Below, in pieces: positions 32,871 through 46,095 of a stretch of DNA of 64,000 bases (the stretch's first letter is position 1; each line of letters opens with the position of its first letter). The position numbers were made by a program, and so were the translations under genes. The notes under the pieces were generated by a model. It worked only from the letters and a program-made list of their open reading frames with translations. It did no database searches and had not been told where the DNA came from. The stretch is from Mobula hypostoma (taxonomy: Eukaryota). The stretch is from positions 135,718,001-135,782,000 of the forward strand of contig NC_086103.1 in assembly GCF_963921235.1 (NCBI RefSeq), in the 5' to 3' direction.

Positions 32871-35653
32871 CTACTACTACTACTACAACATCGACTCAGG
32901 CCTAGGGAGCCGGCATCAGGCACAATGACGAACTCTCCACTTCTCCCTCTCCCTCATCAGTGTGTTCAGTTCATCTATATTAGCCACACCGCTGTCTTCT
33001 AGGAGCGTGTTGACCGTTGTCTTGGGAGGGCGCCCAGGGTTCATTCTCCCGTGCTTGGGCTCCCATATGATGACTAGGCTGGCAGGTAGCTCTGGGTGGC
33101 ATAGAAGTGCCCCACTAGTTGCAGTCTTCTCGCCTCGATTTTAGTGGTGAGCATCGGTAGGTTGTTATAGAGCTTGACGTTCGTCATGTGCTGTTGACAA
33201 CTCACGTCAAGAGCCATCCGGAGCATTCGTGTATAGCAACCATCTAGAGACTTTAGCATCGTCTTGGTGAATGTCCATGTCTCGCATCCATACGTGAGAA
33301 TGGACTCCATGACTGCTATGAAAATCCTCTTTTTAAGCCCTCTGGTCAGGTTCGACTTCCAGATTTTCTTCATGTCATTCATAGCCTTTCACGCCAGTGC
33401 CTTCCATATCTTTATGTCCTTCTCTGAACTCATCATTCTTGACCCGAGGTACTTGTAGTCAAAGTCTTTCTTAATGGTATCATTCTCTATGGTCTTGAGA
33501 GTACCTTCGTCACAGTTAAATGCCATGTACTCTGTCTTTTTAGTGTTTAGGTGAAGTCCAAATTTATTGCACTCAGTTCCCACTTTTGTCAGTAGCTGCT
33601 GTGCATCCTCCATCTGGTCAGAGGGCAGGACTATGTTGTCTGCAAAATCGAGATCTGTGAGCGTAACTGGTCTGACCCTTTTGGTTCACCCTGGTTTTAT
33701 GGTAAAACCAAGCTTGTCATGATCTTTGGTAGCTTGACACAGAGCGTAATCAAGGACGATTATAAAGATTCACGGTGCCAGAGTGTCTCCTTGCAGCACA
33801 CCAGCTAGGAGCTCAAACACTGCTGTTTCTCCATCTGGTGATACAACTTTCGCCATGGTTTTGGTATAGCTGGACTCTATTGCTCTCAGTAGATGGTCTG
33901 GCACTCTGTAAGCTTTCAGGATCTTCAGCATTTTACCTTGGTGAATGGAGTCAAAAGCTTTGCGAAAATCGATGTAAGTAATCACAGCTGGTAGGTTGTT
34001 CTTCTTGACTTCCTCGATGATCCTATGGAGAGCAAGTATTTGCATTGCTGTTGTGCGCTTCTGCGGAAAACCATTCTGATTGAATCTTAGCTTAAGGTCA
34101 ATGGCGGTGCGAATCCTGTTCAAGATCATTCGATTGTTTAACTTTGCTAAGATGCAGGTCAAGCTGATATCACAGTAGTTATCTGTCTTTGTGAGGGATC
34201 CAGACTTGGGGACTGGGATAATGTTTGAGAGTTTGTCGCCTTTCATCAGTGCCGTATTACATATGTCCAGCAAGATGTCGTCCAGGTTGCAGTTCTTCAG
34301 GAAATCTGGTGGTATCCCATCTGGTCCAGCCTGTTTGAGTGCATATTTGGCCTTCTTCAGTTCCTCAATGGTGAATGGGCTGTCATCGATGTTGACTTGC
34401 ATTAGTATAGTGGGTATGTCCTCTTCTTCTTCTGTGATCATTGGAGGGCTTCCCAGCAGGTTCTTAAAGTGGGTAAACCATGTCAGGACACGGCCCTCTG
34501 CCGTTTTACCACTTATTTTACCTGATGGGGACTTCTGTCTATGGATCTCATTGACTAGGCGCCATGCTTCTCCATGCTGCATGTCTTCATTAGCAGCTTC
34601 TATCTCTCTAATCCTCTCAGCTAGTTCTTCTTCCTTCAGTCGGTCATAGGTGGCAAAGAGATTCTTCTTTGCTGTCTTGAACTTGTCTCTGAGCTCTTCT
34701 GTTTCACTCCTTCTAAGTTCGGCATGACAAGCATTGACTACACTTCTTGCTGCGACGACGTCAGGATGTTTTGAGATCTGACTCTTCTAGGTTCGCTTCA
34801 CAGAAGGCAAACCCTTTGTTGCATCTGTGTGCACGTCTATGAGCCGTTGATAGCCTCCCTGCCTCCCCCCTTTCCAGTGGGCCGAAGCGATTTCTCACTT
34901 CCACTGTGTACTGGGCTTGAAGAATAGGTTGTGAGGAGAATGCCTTCCAGTCTATCTTCTCCTTCGGACCTGTGGCTTTGGGTTGTGGCAGGCTCAGTCT
35001 CACTTGCATTGACACTACTCTGTGGTCAGAACTGATTGAGTTGAAGGTGCTGTAGGTTTCTGTGTTGATCACACAATTACGCCATTTTGTTCTTATGAGG
35101 ATGTAATCAAGCTGTTTCCTGTAGATGGAGGTTCTGTTTTCATACGTCCACAGTTTACCAGCTCACTACTTGAATTGTGTGTTGGTGGCAATGAGACTGT
35201 GTTCCTGGATAAAATCAACTAGATATTGTCCATTTCTGTTGGTAAAGTCTTGGTATGAGTATGGAACATCTTCTAGTCTGACCTGGGGATTAAAATTGCC
35301 GAGCACGGCCAGGAAGTTATGTGCCAGTATTGAAGTGACAGCTTCGTGAAGTTTACTGTAGAAGGCCTCCACTTCCTTCTCCTCGCTGCAGTTGTGCGGG
35401 GAGTAACAGATGATGACAGAGGTCGCCGGGTTTCCGTCGAATTCTGCAGTAAGGATTCTGTCACTGACTGAGACTACGCCCCTCAGTGCCTTCTTCGCCT
35501 TGCTGTTCAACATCACCCCTACTCCACCTTGTGCTGACATCTTCATCGGCTCTCTCCCTGCGGACGAGGTGATGAGGTGCATTCCTTCTACCTCTATGAA
35601 CCTTATCTCTTCGTCAGGTTGTACATGACCGTGTTCTTGGATCCCCAGAATGG
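32871..35653 (-). mobile_element. RTE-clade LINE, 5'-truncated and frameshifted
   Basis: APE fragment (35166-35582) and RT (NQNGF, IDFRKAFDSIH, GVLQGDTLAP, DFADNI). (TAG)n tail. TSD actaat(c/g)a at 32863 and 35654. Confidence 0.82.
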
Positions 35654-36034
35654 ACTAATGAAGAACCTCTTAACCTTCACTTTAAATATACCCAATGACT
35701 TGGCCTCCATGGCCATCTGTGTCAATGAAATCCACAGATTCACCACCCTCCGGCTACAGAAATTCCTCCTCATCTCTGTTCTCAAGAGGAAGTTGTACTA
35801 TTCCAAGGCTGTCCCACTTGGTCCCAGAGTCTCCCACTTCTGGAAACATCCCCTCTATGTCTACTCTATCCAGGCATTTCAGTATTCTGTAGGTTTCAAT
35901 GAGATTTCTTCTAAGTTACAGCAAGTATAGGCCCAAAGCCATCAAATGCTCCTCAGACATTAACCCTTTCATTCCCAGGAACTTTCGTGAACCTCCACTG
36001 GGACCTCTCAAATGCCAGTCTATCATGTGGATCC

Positions 36035-36330
36035 CATGCTGGCATAGCGGTCAGGGTGATGCTATTACAGATTGGGGTGGCAGAGTTCAGAGTTCAATCC
36101 CAGCATCCTTTGTAAGGTTTCTGTATGTCCTTCCCGTGGAATGTGCAGGTCTTATCTGGTTCTCTGGTTTCCTTCCACACCTCAATGACATATTAGGTAG
36201 GTTTATTGGTCATTGTAAATTGCCCAGTGATTAGGTTAGGGCTGAATTGGGGTTGTTGGGGGTTGCAGGGTGGTGATGCCTGAGGGACCAGAAGGGCCTA
36301 TTCCATGCTATATCTCTAAATAAATAAAGG
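36035..36330 (+). mobile_element. tRNA-derived V-SINE (HE1-like)
   Basis: Same head, core and tail as the 32370 copy. Confidence 0.62.
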
Positions 36331-36456
36331 TAAAGAAATAAATCCTTTCATAGATATTTGGCCCATAATTGCTCTTAGTACTCCAAATGCAGTCAGAGCA
36401 GTGGCCTCAGCATTACATTAGTGCTTTTATATTCTAATTCTCTTGAAGTGAATGCT

Positions 36457-39400
36457 GGGATTCTGCAGGGAGCGCTCATGGAGTGAGGTCGCTTCTGGCT
36501 TTGCTCCATTCCCGTTATCTTTTTTTTAACTTATGATCTCCCTTACTTAACCAATTTTTACCTACACCAGAAGATTTATTTTATCTTATTGATTTTTTCT
36601 TGAACTGCAACTCTGGAATCTGAAGAAATGAGTACAAGATCCAAAGCCAAAGACGGGAAAGATTCCGACGGGAACGGCGGAAAAAGAAAAGGTGATTCTA
36701 AACAAACGGAGCTATCCTATGATACTATGATGAAGTTTTTAAGAGGAAAAATTCGAGGAACAATGTCAAAATCTATCTGAAAGTTTATCTGATAAATTTG
36801 AACAACAACGTCAAAGTCTTAATGAAGACCTAAAATCAATCACGGAAACTCTGAAATCTCTGGATTGTGAAGTTCAAGAACGTCAAAGTAAAATCCCCGA
36901 ACTGGATATTAAATCTCAGAAGACGGATTCAAAAGTCGAGAACTTGGAGCAGAATTTAGCTTTGACCATTAAACAAATGCAACATTTTAAATCCAAAGTC
37001 ATCGATCTTGAAAATCGATCGAGAAGACAGAACTTACGTATAATTGGTCTACCCGAGGATGTTGAGGATGGAGACCCTTTAATATTCTTTGCTCAACTTT
37101 TAAAGGATATGTTCGACTCAGTATTTACCAACGAGCCTCCATTGCTGGACTGCGCCCATCGTATATCGCGGCCAAAGTCAGCATCCGCCAAATCATAACC
37201 AAGACCAATTATTCTTCGTTTCCATTACGTTAATGTTAAAGAACAGCTTCTCCAGACTGCTCGTCGGAAGAGATGATCAATTATCGTCAGCATTCCTTCA
37301 GAATAGTTCAAGATTACAGTCCTGAAGTGATGAAAGAGCAATTGACTTTTAAACCTCTGATGCCGGAATGTTATCAAAAAAATTTCAAACCGGCATTATT
37401 GTACCCTGCACGCCTAAGAATTTCTCTTCCTGATGGATCTCATCATGTCTTCCATTCCACAACCACTGCTCAAAGCTTTTTGGATGACAGCTACCCATCT
37501 GATACGGACACCGCCCTTTAATTAATGTTCTGTGCCCTCAGTATCAGCTTTTTTTTCTGGTGTTTTAGAAAAAAAATAAACTTTCTATTACCGTATGATG
37601 AAGGTTTTTTATAAGATCAAGATTTTTGTTTTGTGCTTAGTACAATAGATATTATTTTACAACTTATCTAAAAAAGTCTTTTCTTGCAAATAACATTACT
37701 TTTTCTTAGTTAATTTTTTTTAACTATTTGATTTCCGATATTATCACTAACGATTTGATCTGATGATCAATTTTAGTCATATGTTCTTTATTTTTGCTTT
37801 TGTATAATTAAAATGGCGGTTTGTTTTTCTTTTTGCATAATCTCCTTTGTTCTTTCTGGACACGCCATGTTCTTGCGTTTCTTCTTCCCATAATCCCCTT
37901 TCTTTTTTTTGGAAGTGATATTTTATTCACTTTCATTTATAATTAACTAATCATATGTACTGATACTAACTTTCTCTTATTTATGTACTTTAGAAATTAT
38001 ACTATGTAGATTATTGTAGTATAGTGTTTAATTTTTCTATATCGGTTTTCGGGGGGTCATCTATATAACATATATCTTTGGAGTTGCCTCCTGCAGAAAT
38101 GAGGTTAAACTTAGTGTTAGTTAGTTCTTTCTTCAGCCTTCTCTGGCTTAGTTCGGGGTTCTTAGGGGTCGCGGGTGGGGGAGTTTTTTTCTTTATTAAT
38201 TTTTTCTATTGGGCTGATTTAGTACTACAATGATGTCTGCAGTGTCAGGATTTCCAGTTCCTCTCTGATCTCATGAGTTTACATTATGGTTAACCCTTTA
38301 CACACCAAAGGGTTAATGTTAAATTATGGCTCACATTATTAATTTTGTCTTTTGGAATACAAATAGTTTAAACCATCCAATAAAAAGGAAAAAGATTTTC
38401 AAAGTATTCCAAAGACTGAATGCTCATATTATTTTTGCACAAGAAACTCATGTAAGGAAAGAGGATAATCAATGTTTCTTTAAGTTCTGGAAATTTTAAC
38501 AATACCACTCGAACTCCCAAGCCAAAGTTAAAGGCGTTTCAATTTTTATGGATCCCTCAATTACATTTATTCATCAAGACATTATCTCAGATCCTAATGG
38601 TAGATTCTTGCTAATTACTGGGTTACTTTTTAATAAAAAGGTTGTTATGGTTAATGTTTATGCTCCAAATGTGGATTATCCTGAATTTTTTAAGCACATA
38701 TTCACTTCCTTTCCTAACTTAAACGAGTATATGTTGATAATGGGCGGTGACTTTAATTTATGTTTAAATGCCATGTTGGACAGATCCATAGGTAGTCTGG
38801 TTTTACCGAATAAATTGGCTCCTCTTATTAACTCTTTTATGATTGATTCTGGGATTTCAGAAATTTGGAAATTTCTACACCCAAAGGACAAAGAATTCTC
38901 AATCTTTTCACATGTTTATCATTCTTATTCTCGAATTGGCTATTTTTTTATTGACTCTCGATTAATCCCATCTGTAGTTGATTGTAATTATGACGTTATC
39001 GCCATTTCAGATCATGCTCCAATGAAACTTTCTATCAGGTTAATGGATACTTCTTCTACTAATAGACAATGGCGATTTAACCCTATTTTGCTTCAAGACT
39101 TGGACTTTGTTAAGTTTATGATGGGACAGATTGATTTCTTTTTTTCAACTAATACTACGGAAGAAGTTTCCAATGGAACAGTATGGGATGCTTTTAAAGC
39201 TTATATCCATGGTCAGATTATTTCCTATTTGGCTGGTTTGAAAAAAACGTACTAAGAATGAAATACTCTTGTTAGTTGATAAAATTAAAGAAATTGATAA
39301 AAAAAATATGCTATTGCTCCTAGTAAGGAGCTGTATAAACACAGAGTTGAAGTTCAATTGGAACATAGTTTACTATTAACATCCTCAATCGAAAATCAAC

Positions 39401-42400
39401 TAATGGGAACTAAAAGTGAGTTTTATATTCATAGTGATAAATCAGGTAAACTATTGGCTAATCAATTGAAATTTGCTTCGGTTAAACGTCAAATTACTAA
39501 GATTCGTAAACATGATGATACTTTGACAGTTGATCATGATGACATAAACAAAACCTTTCAAGAATTTTATACCTCTTATATCACTGTGATTTTCCTCATG
39601 ATTTTAATATGCATGATCTTTTGAGTAAACTGAATTTTCTGAAATTATCACCTGAAGATTGCTTATCATTAGAAACTCCTATTACAGAGGAAGAAATAAT
39701 AACTGCAATCTCATCAATGAATTCTGGTAAAGCACCTGGTCCGGACGGGTTTACAGTGGAATTTTAAAAATCCTTTTCCTCTATTCTCTCTCTGTGGTTG
39801 TCTAGAATATTCAAAGAAGCAATCAGTTTAGGTAAATTACCGCAATTGTTTTATGAAGCCTCTATTTCCTTAATTCTTAAAAAGAATAAAGATCCTACTG
39901 ATTGTGCATCATATAGACCAATATTTCTTTTGAATGTAGATTCAAAAATTTTTTCAAAATTTTAGCAACAAGGTTAGAGAAGGTATTACCTCAAGTTATA
40001 TCTATGGACCAAACTGGATTTATTAAAAACCATTATTCATCTTTTAATATTAGGAGGTTAATGGATATTGTTTATACCCCCTCATTTAATACTCCGGAAT
40101 GTATTATCTCATTAGATGCTGAGAAAGCCTTTGACAGAGTTGAATGGCCTTATTTATTTAGTGTGCTGGAGAAATTTAATTTTAGTTTGATATTTATATC
40201 TTGGATTAAGTTGTTATATCATACCCCGGTAGCTTCCGTTTGCACTAATAATCAAAGATCTCCCTTTTTTTGTCTATTTCGTGGTACTAGGCAAGGATGC
40301 CCTCTTATTCCTTTACTATTTAATATCACCCTTGAACCTTTAGTAATTGCTATCCGTGACTCGCCCAATATTTTTGATATTACCCGTGGAAATGAAATAC
40401 ATAAATTATCACTATATGCAGATGATTTGTTATTATATATCTCTAATCTGGAGAAGTCAATTCCTGTTATTCTAGCTTTGTTGGCTCAATTTAGTAATTT
40501 TTCTGGCTACAAATTAAACCTTAATAAGAGTGAATTATTTCCCCTAAATAAGCAGGTACCTATTTATGGATGTTTACTATTTAAATTGGGTACTGACTCG
40601 TTTAAGGGATTATAATTACGAAAAAGTATAAAGATTTATTTAAAGCTAATTTTTTACCTTTAATTGATCAGATTAAACTTTTGTTTACTAAATGGTCACC
40701 AATATCTTTGTCTTTGATTGGTCGGATTAATGCTATTAAGATGATTATTTTGCCTAAATTTCTATATGTATTTCAATCGGTTCCGATTTTTATTCCAAAA
40801 TCTTTTTTTGATAATGTTGACTCAAAAATTTCCTCATATATATGGCAGAACAAAAATCCTAGGCTAAGTAAAAGGTACTTACAGAAATCTAAAAAGGGGG
40901 GGGGGGGCGGCTGGGGGGGTTAGCGCTCCCGAATTTTAGATTTTACTATTGGGCAATTAATATTCGATACTTAAAAGTTTGGTTACGAGATTTGGATGCA
41001 ACTTCAAGTCCACATTGGGTAAATCTTGAATGTAATTAATTACAAGGGTTTTCTTTGGGTTCAGTTTTAGGAACTTCGCTTCCTTTCATTTTTTCTAAAC
41101 TGTATAAACAAATGAATAATCCAATAGTTAAGCATACTTTACGTATATGGTTTCAATTCTCAAAATTTTTTGGGTTGAATCAATTTATTTTAGCAAGTCC
41201 TATTATATCTAATTTTCTTTTTCAACCTTCCACTATGTATCAAGCTTACTTTGATTGGAAAGTGAAAGGTATAGTACGATTTCGTGATTTATTTTTGGAT
41301 AATTGTTTTATGTCCTTTGATCAACTTTCTAATAAATATAATTTACCCAGATCTCACTTTTTTAGATACCTACAGGTTAGAAACTTTTAAATTACTGTTT
41401 CTCCTAATTTTCCACACTCATATCCAATGGATATTTTGGAAAAAATTTTAGATTTAAATCTCTCTCAGAAAAGTGTTGTAGCAATTATTTATAATATAAT
41501 TATGAGTTTATGTCCTGATGTATCTAATAAAATTAAAACTGATTGGGAAAGAGAACTTAAGATTATTATACCGATTGAAAAACGGGAAAAAAATTCTTCA
41601 ATTAGTTAATTCATCTGCTATATGTGCTAAACATGTGTTGATACAGTTTAAAGTAGTGCACAGAGCTCATATGTCCAAAGATAAACTATCTCGTTATTAC
41701 TCTTATATAAATCCTATATGTGATAGATGTCATTCCGAGATAGCTTCTTTAACTCACATGTTTTGGTCATGTCCTTTGTTGGAAAAATATTGGAAAGATA
41801 TTTTTGATATTATTTCAACGGTTTTGAGTGTAGACTTACAACTTCACCCAATTACTGCTATTTTTGGGTTACCAATGATAGAATCAAATCATTTAACCTC
41901 TTCAGCTCGTCGGATGATTGCATTTCTTACTTTAATGACTAGAAGATCCGTTTTGCTGAATTGGAAAGAGATTAACCCTTCTACTATATTTCACTAGTTT
42001 TCACTATGTTGTGTTTAAATTTGGAAAAAATTAGAAGTGTGGTTTATGACCCTTCCATTAAATTTGAAAAAACTTGGAGGCCATTTATTCAGCATTTTCA
42101 TATGATGTAATTTGACCATTTCCAAACTTATTTTACTTCTCTGTAGTGTTGGTTGAGAGGAATGGAGTCGACGACACTAAGGTTTTCTTTTTCCCATTTT
42201 TTACGATGTTAAAACAGCCCAGGTCTTTTTTTTAGTTTAGTTGATTAATCCTGTTTAGATTAGTTTTTTTTGAGGGGGTTATATATATATTTTTATTTTT
42301 TTTTCTTTCTTCATGATTTTTGTCTAGATTTTTTTTGTTCTGTATTATTCATTGGTATCCTATATGATTGGGAGTTTTGTCAATTATGTACTATTTGGTT

Positions 42401-42497
42401 CTATAATTACTCATGTTAAGTATAATAATGTATTCCCAATAACCTTGTACTATTATGTTTATATTTTATGAAACTAATAAAAAGATTGAAAAAGAAG
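36457..42497 (+). mobile_element. Full-length L1-clade LINE (~6.0 kb), inactivated
   Basis: ORF1 ~36628-37521 (DLENRSRRQNLRIIGLPE). ORF2 ~38326-42110 (APE: AQETH, NVYAPN, GGDFN, ISDH; RT: LDAEKAFDRVEW, GTRQGCP, LYADD; Cys-rich CDRC...HMFWSC). AATAAA and an A-rich tail. TSD gaa(g/a)tgaatgct at 36445 and 42498. Confidence 0.92.
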
Positions 42498-42784
42498 GAA
42501 ATGAATGCTAATGTTATATTTGCCTTCCTTACTACCAACTTGACCTGCAACTTAAGTTTTAGGAGATCCTGCTCTAGGAGCCTAAAGTCCCTTTGCACTT
42601 TCGATTTCTGAATACGTACGCACTTAGAAAATAGTGTTCACCTTTATTCGTTCTACCAAAGTGCATGACCATATACTTCTTTATACTGTATTCCATATGC
42701 TACTTCTTGGCACATTCTGCAGACTCTCTGCTTCCTCAACATTACCTGCCTCTCCACTATCTTTATATCATCCACAACATGAGC

Positions 42785-43580
42785 ACAGAGCCATTGATTC
42801 CTTTGTCCATTCATCCCTCCCCACTGATCTCCCTCCTGGCACTTATTCTTGCAAGCAGAACAAGTGTCACATTTGCCCTACACCTCCTCCCTCACTACCA
42901 TTCAGGGCCCCAAACAGTCCTTCCACGTGAGGTGATACTTTAAGTCTGTTGGGGTCATCTACTCCCACTGCTGTGCTCCTGTATGTCAGTGAGACTCAAT
43001 GTAGATTGGGAGATTGCTTCATTGAGCGCCCATGCTCTGCCAGAAAAAGTGGGATCTCTTGGGTGCCACCCATTTCAATTTCACTTCATGGGTATGTCAG
43101 TCCATGGCCTCCTCCAGTGCCACGATGAGGCCACACTCAGAATACAGGAGCAACATTTTATATTTGGCCGAGGTAGCCTCCAACCTGATGGCAGGAATAT
43201 TGAATTCTCGAACTTCCAGTAATTGCCACCCTCCCTTTCACTATTCCCCATTCCTGTTTCCTTCTTTCTCCTTTCTCCTTACCTGCCCATGACCTCCCTG
43301 CATGCTTCTCCTCCTCCTTCCCTGTCTTTCATGGTCTTGTGTACTCTCCTATCAGATTACCCTCCTTCAGCCCTTTATCACTTTCCCAGTTCTTCATCCC
43401 TTCCCCCTCTCCTGGTTTCACCTATCACCTGCCACCTTCCTCCCCTACCCCACCACCTTGCTCTGACTTCTCTTTCTTGCAGTCCTGAAGAAGAGTCTTG
43501 GCTTGAAACGTTGACTGTTTTAAAAATTTCCATAGATGCTCCCTAACCTGCTGAGTTACTCCAGCATTTTGTGTTTGTTG
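42785..43580 (+). mobile_element. Older Penelope-like 3' fragment with degenerate hammerhead (43480-43517)
   Basis: SSLPTDLPPGTY and EQHFIFGRGSLQPDG. Ribozyme-like cagtc-ctgaaga-...-gaaacgttgactg. Confidence 0.7.
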
Positions 43581-44696
43581 ATTCCATCGTCCACATCATT
43601 AATTATTCCCACTCTTTGCTTTCAACCTATCTTCTGCCATGCTACCATCTTTCCTGTAATACTGTGGGCTCTTACCTTGTTTAGAAGCCTCATATGCGAC
43701 ATCTTGTCAAAGGCCTTCTGAAAATGCAAGCAAATAACATCCACTGACTTGCCTTTGTCAATCCTGCTTATTACATCCTTAAAGAATTCCAACAGACTTG
43801 TCAGGAAACATTTGCACTTTAGGAACCCATGCTGACTTCGACTATTCTATCGTGTACCTCCAAGTACCCCAAAACCTCATTCTTAACACCATTTTACCAA
43901 CCACTGGCCTTTAATTTTCTGTCTTTTGGCTCCCTTCCGCCTTAAAGAGTGGAGTGAAATTGCAATTTTTCAGTCCTCCACAATCGAGTGAGACCTGAAA
44001 AATCACTACTGATGGCTCCACAATCTCATAAACTACCTCTTTCAGAACCCTGGGATGAAGGTGACATCTACTTTCAGACCTTTCAACTTCCCAAGCACTT
44101 TCTCCTTATTCATAGCAACTCTTCTCACTTCTTCCCCTTGATAGTCTCGATTTCTGGCATGCTGCAGGTGTGTTTTACACAGTAAAGATTGATGTAAGAG
44201 ACTTACTCAGTTCATCGGGTATTTTTTTGTTCCCCATTACTATCTCTCCAGCATCATTTTCCAGTGGTCTGATGTCTACTCTTGTCTGTCTTTTACTCTT
44301 TATATGTCTGAAAAATCTTTTGGCGTCCTCTTATATTATTGGCTAACTTATTTTCACAATTCATCTTTTCTTTCTTAGTTGCATTTTCATTTGCCTTCTG
44401 TTGACTTTTAATCACTTTCCACTAATTTTTGCTTTATTGTATGCCCTCTCCTTTGGTCTTATGTCTGCAGGGAAGAACCACAAATTGGTTTTCCAATTTT
44501 CCAATGCCCAACGTGATGGTGAATTCAAATTTAGGATTAATATGAAACAAAATCATAGTCACAAAAAATGAATTCACATTTATTTGTGGTTAAAATTATA
44601 TGGTCTGAAAGTCTCTAGCCTAGTGTCAGTTTCTAGTCTATTTAACCCATGTGAAATGTGACCATTAATACCATGCAAACATTTATGTTTTGAAAG

Positions 44697-44815
44697 GAAT
44701 TCTTGAACCCAGTGATGAATTTCAGTTCTGGGCAGAAGTTGCTGCAAGCAGTGGTGAAACAGCCAAAAGGGAAAGGGCTCAGCTTTTTCAAGAACTATTT
44801 AAACCAATTACACAG
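44697..44815 (+). CDS. DYNC2H1: DYNC2H1 coding exon 4
   Basis: (G)ILEPSDEFQFWAEVAASSGETAKRERAQLFQELFKPITQ; aag|GA...CAG|gtttgt. Confidence 0.95.
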
Positions 44816-46095
44816 GTTTGTTTACTGATGCAAAATTTTACAAGCTGAACTGTCAGTTAAGATGTTTTCTACTTTTCAGATCCGCTCCTACTGTCTAACC
44901 CCTTACCATAAGCCTTTAGTTGTAGGCACATATGCCAAAAGAAAAGGTTTCTTATTATGTGCCTATTTTATGTTCTTCATAATTTGATATACCTCATTCA
45001 GGTTACCATGAGCCTTCTCTGCTGCAAAGAAAACAAATCCAGCCTCTCTCATTTTCCCTCATAGCTGAAACAGTGCATTTCAGACAACATTCTGATGAAT
45101 CTCCGCACCCCTTCCAAAACTAGACCTAGCGTATCCCTGACTGACCAGGGTTGGGCTCGCGTGAGCCTGTTGGCTGCAGCCGGCTTGTCTGCCCTTGAAG
45201 GCAGGACTGGGTTTCCTGAAGGCTCCAGGTTACCCTGAACAGAATTCAGCCCCCTCATTGTGCACAGGTCTCAGGAGAGTCCGGAGGTCGGAACACCGAG
45301 CCGAAAGTATACCCTCTTGCAGTGAATGGACAGTGCCTTCCTTCCAGTTAACAGAAGGGTTATGCTGGGCTCTCATCCCCCAGGATATCTCAACCCCCTA
45401 GCGTGGGTTGAAACTCAATAGCAAAGTCGTCTGGTGACAGTCCATCCTGTTAAATCTTCATCAGAGCCTCGGCTGGCTCCGACAGGGTGATGGAACACCT
45501 TGCTCATTTTGGCTATGAATTCCTCTGAATCCGAGCAAACCTCCAACCTTCACTCCCAATGCAAGGTGGCCCAGGCCAGAGCTGTTCCAATCTGAAGAGA
45601 GATTATGAAGGCCAACTTTCCACGCTGCATCGGAAACTGGGACAACTGGAGTTTGAACACTAATGAGCATTGAATGAGGAAGCCACAGCAAGAGTCCTGA
45701 TCACTGTTGAATCACTCTGGGGTTGGAAGATGTACTGGCTACATAGTGGGACAGGCTGGCTCTCTGGAGTGACTCTGGCCTCTGCTTTGCAAAAGTTGAC
45801 CAATGGCCACCTGGAGGTTGTGAGTCTCTAGGCTCTGTCTGGAAATATTTTCACTGTGGCTGGCCATGGCGGGTGAAAGACTCTGATAGCTGTCACAGTC
45901 CATACTGGCTCAATCATACGGTGATGAGAGTCTTTGATGAGGGTGGCTGGGACCCAAATGCTGGAGTATCCGAGGCTAGGATTGACACATGGTATCAAAC
46001 TGGATCAAGAACTGAACACAATACAAATACGAGATGATATCACTAGTAGGGCTTACGACTGAGCAATGAGGCTCTGTTCAGGTGCTCTTTAATTA

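Larger units (their letters stand above)
35654..44460 (-). mobile_element. Host CR1 LINE (antisense), split by SINE, L1 and Penelope insertions
   Basis: CR1 segments at 35654-36456 and 42498-44460 join across the L1 TSD (RRNFCSRRVVNLW; RKANITLAFIS). Confidence 0.65.
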
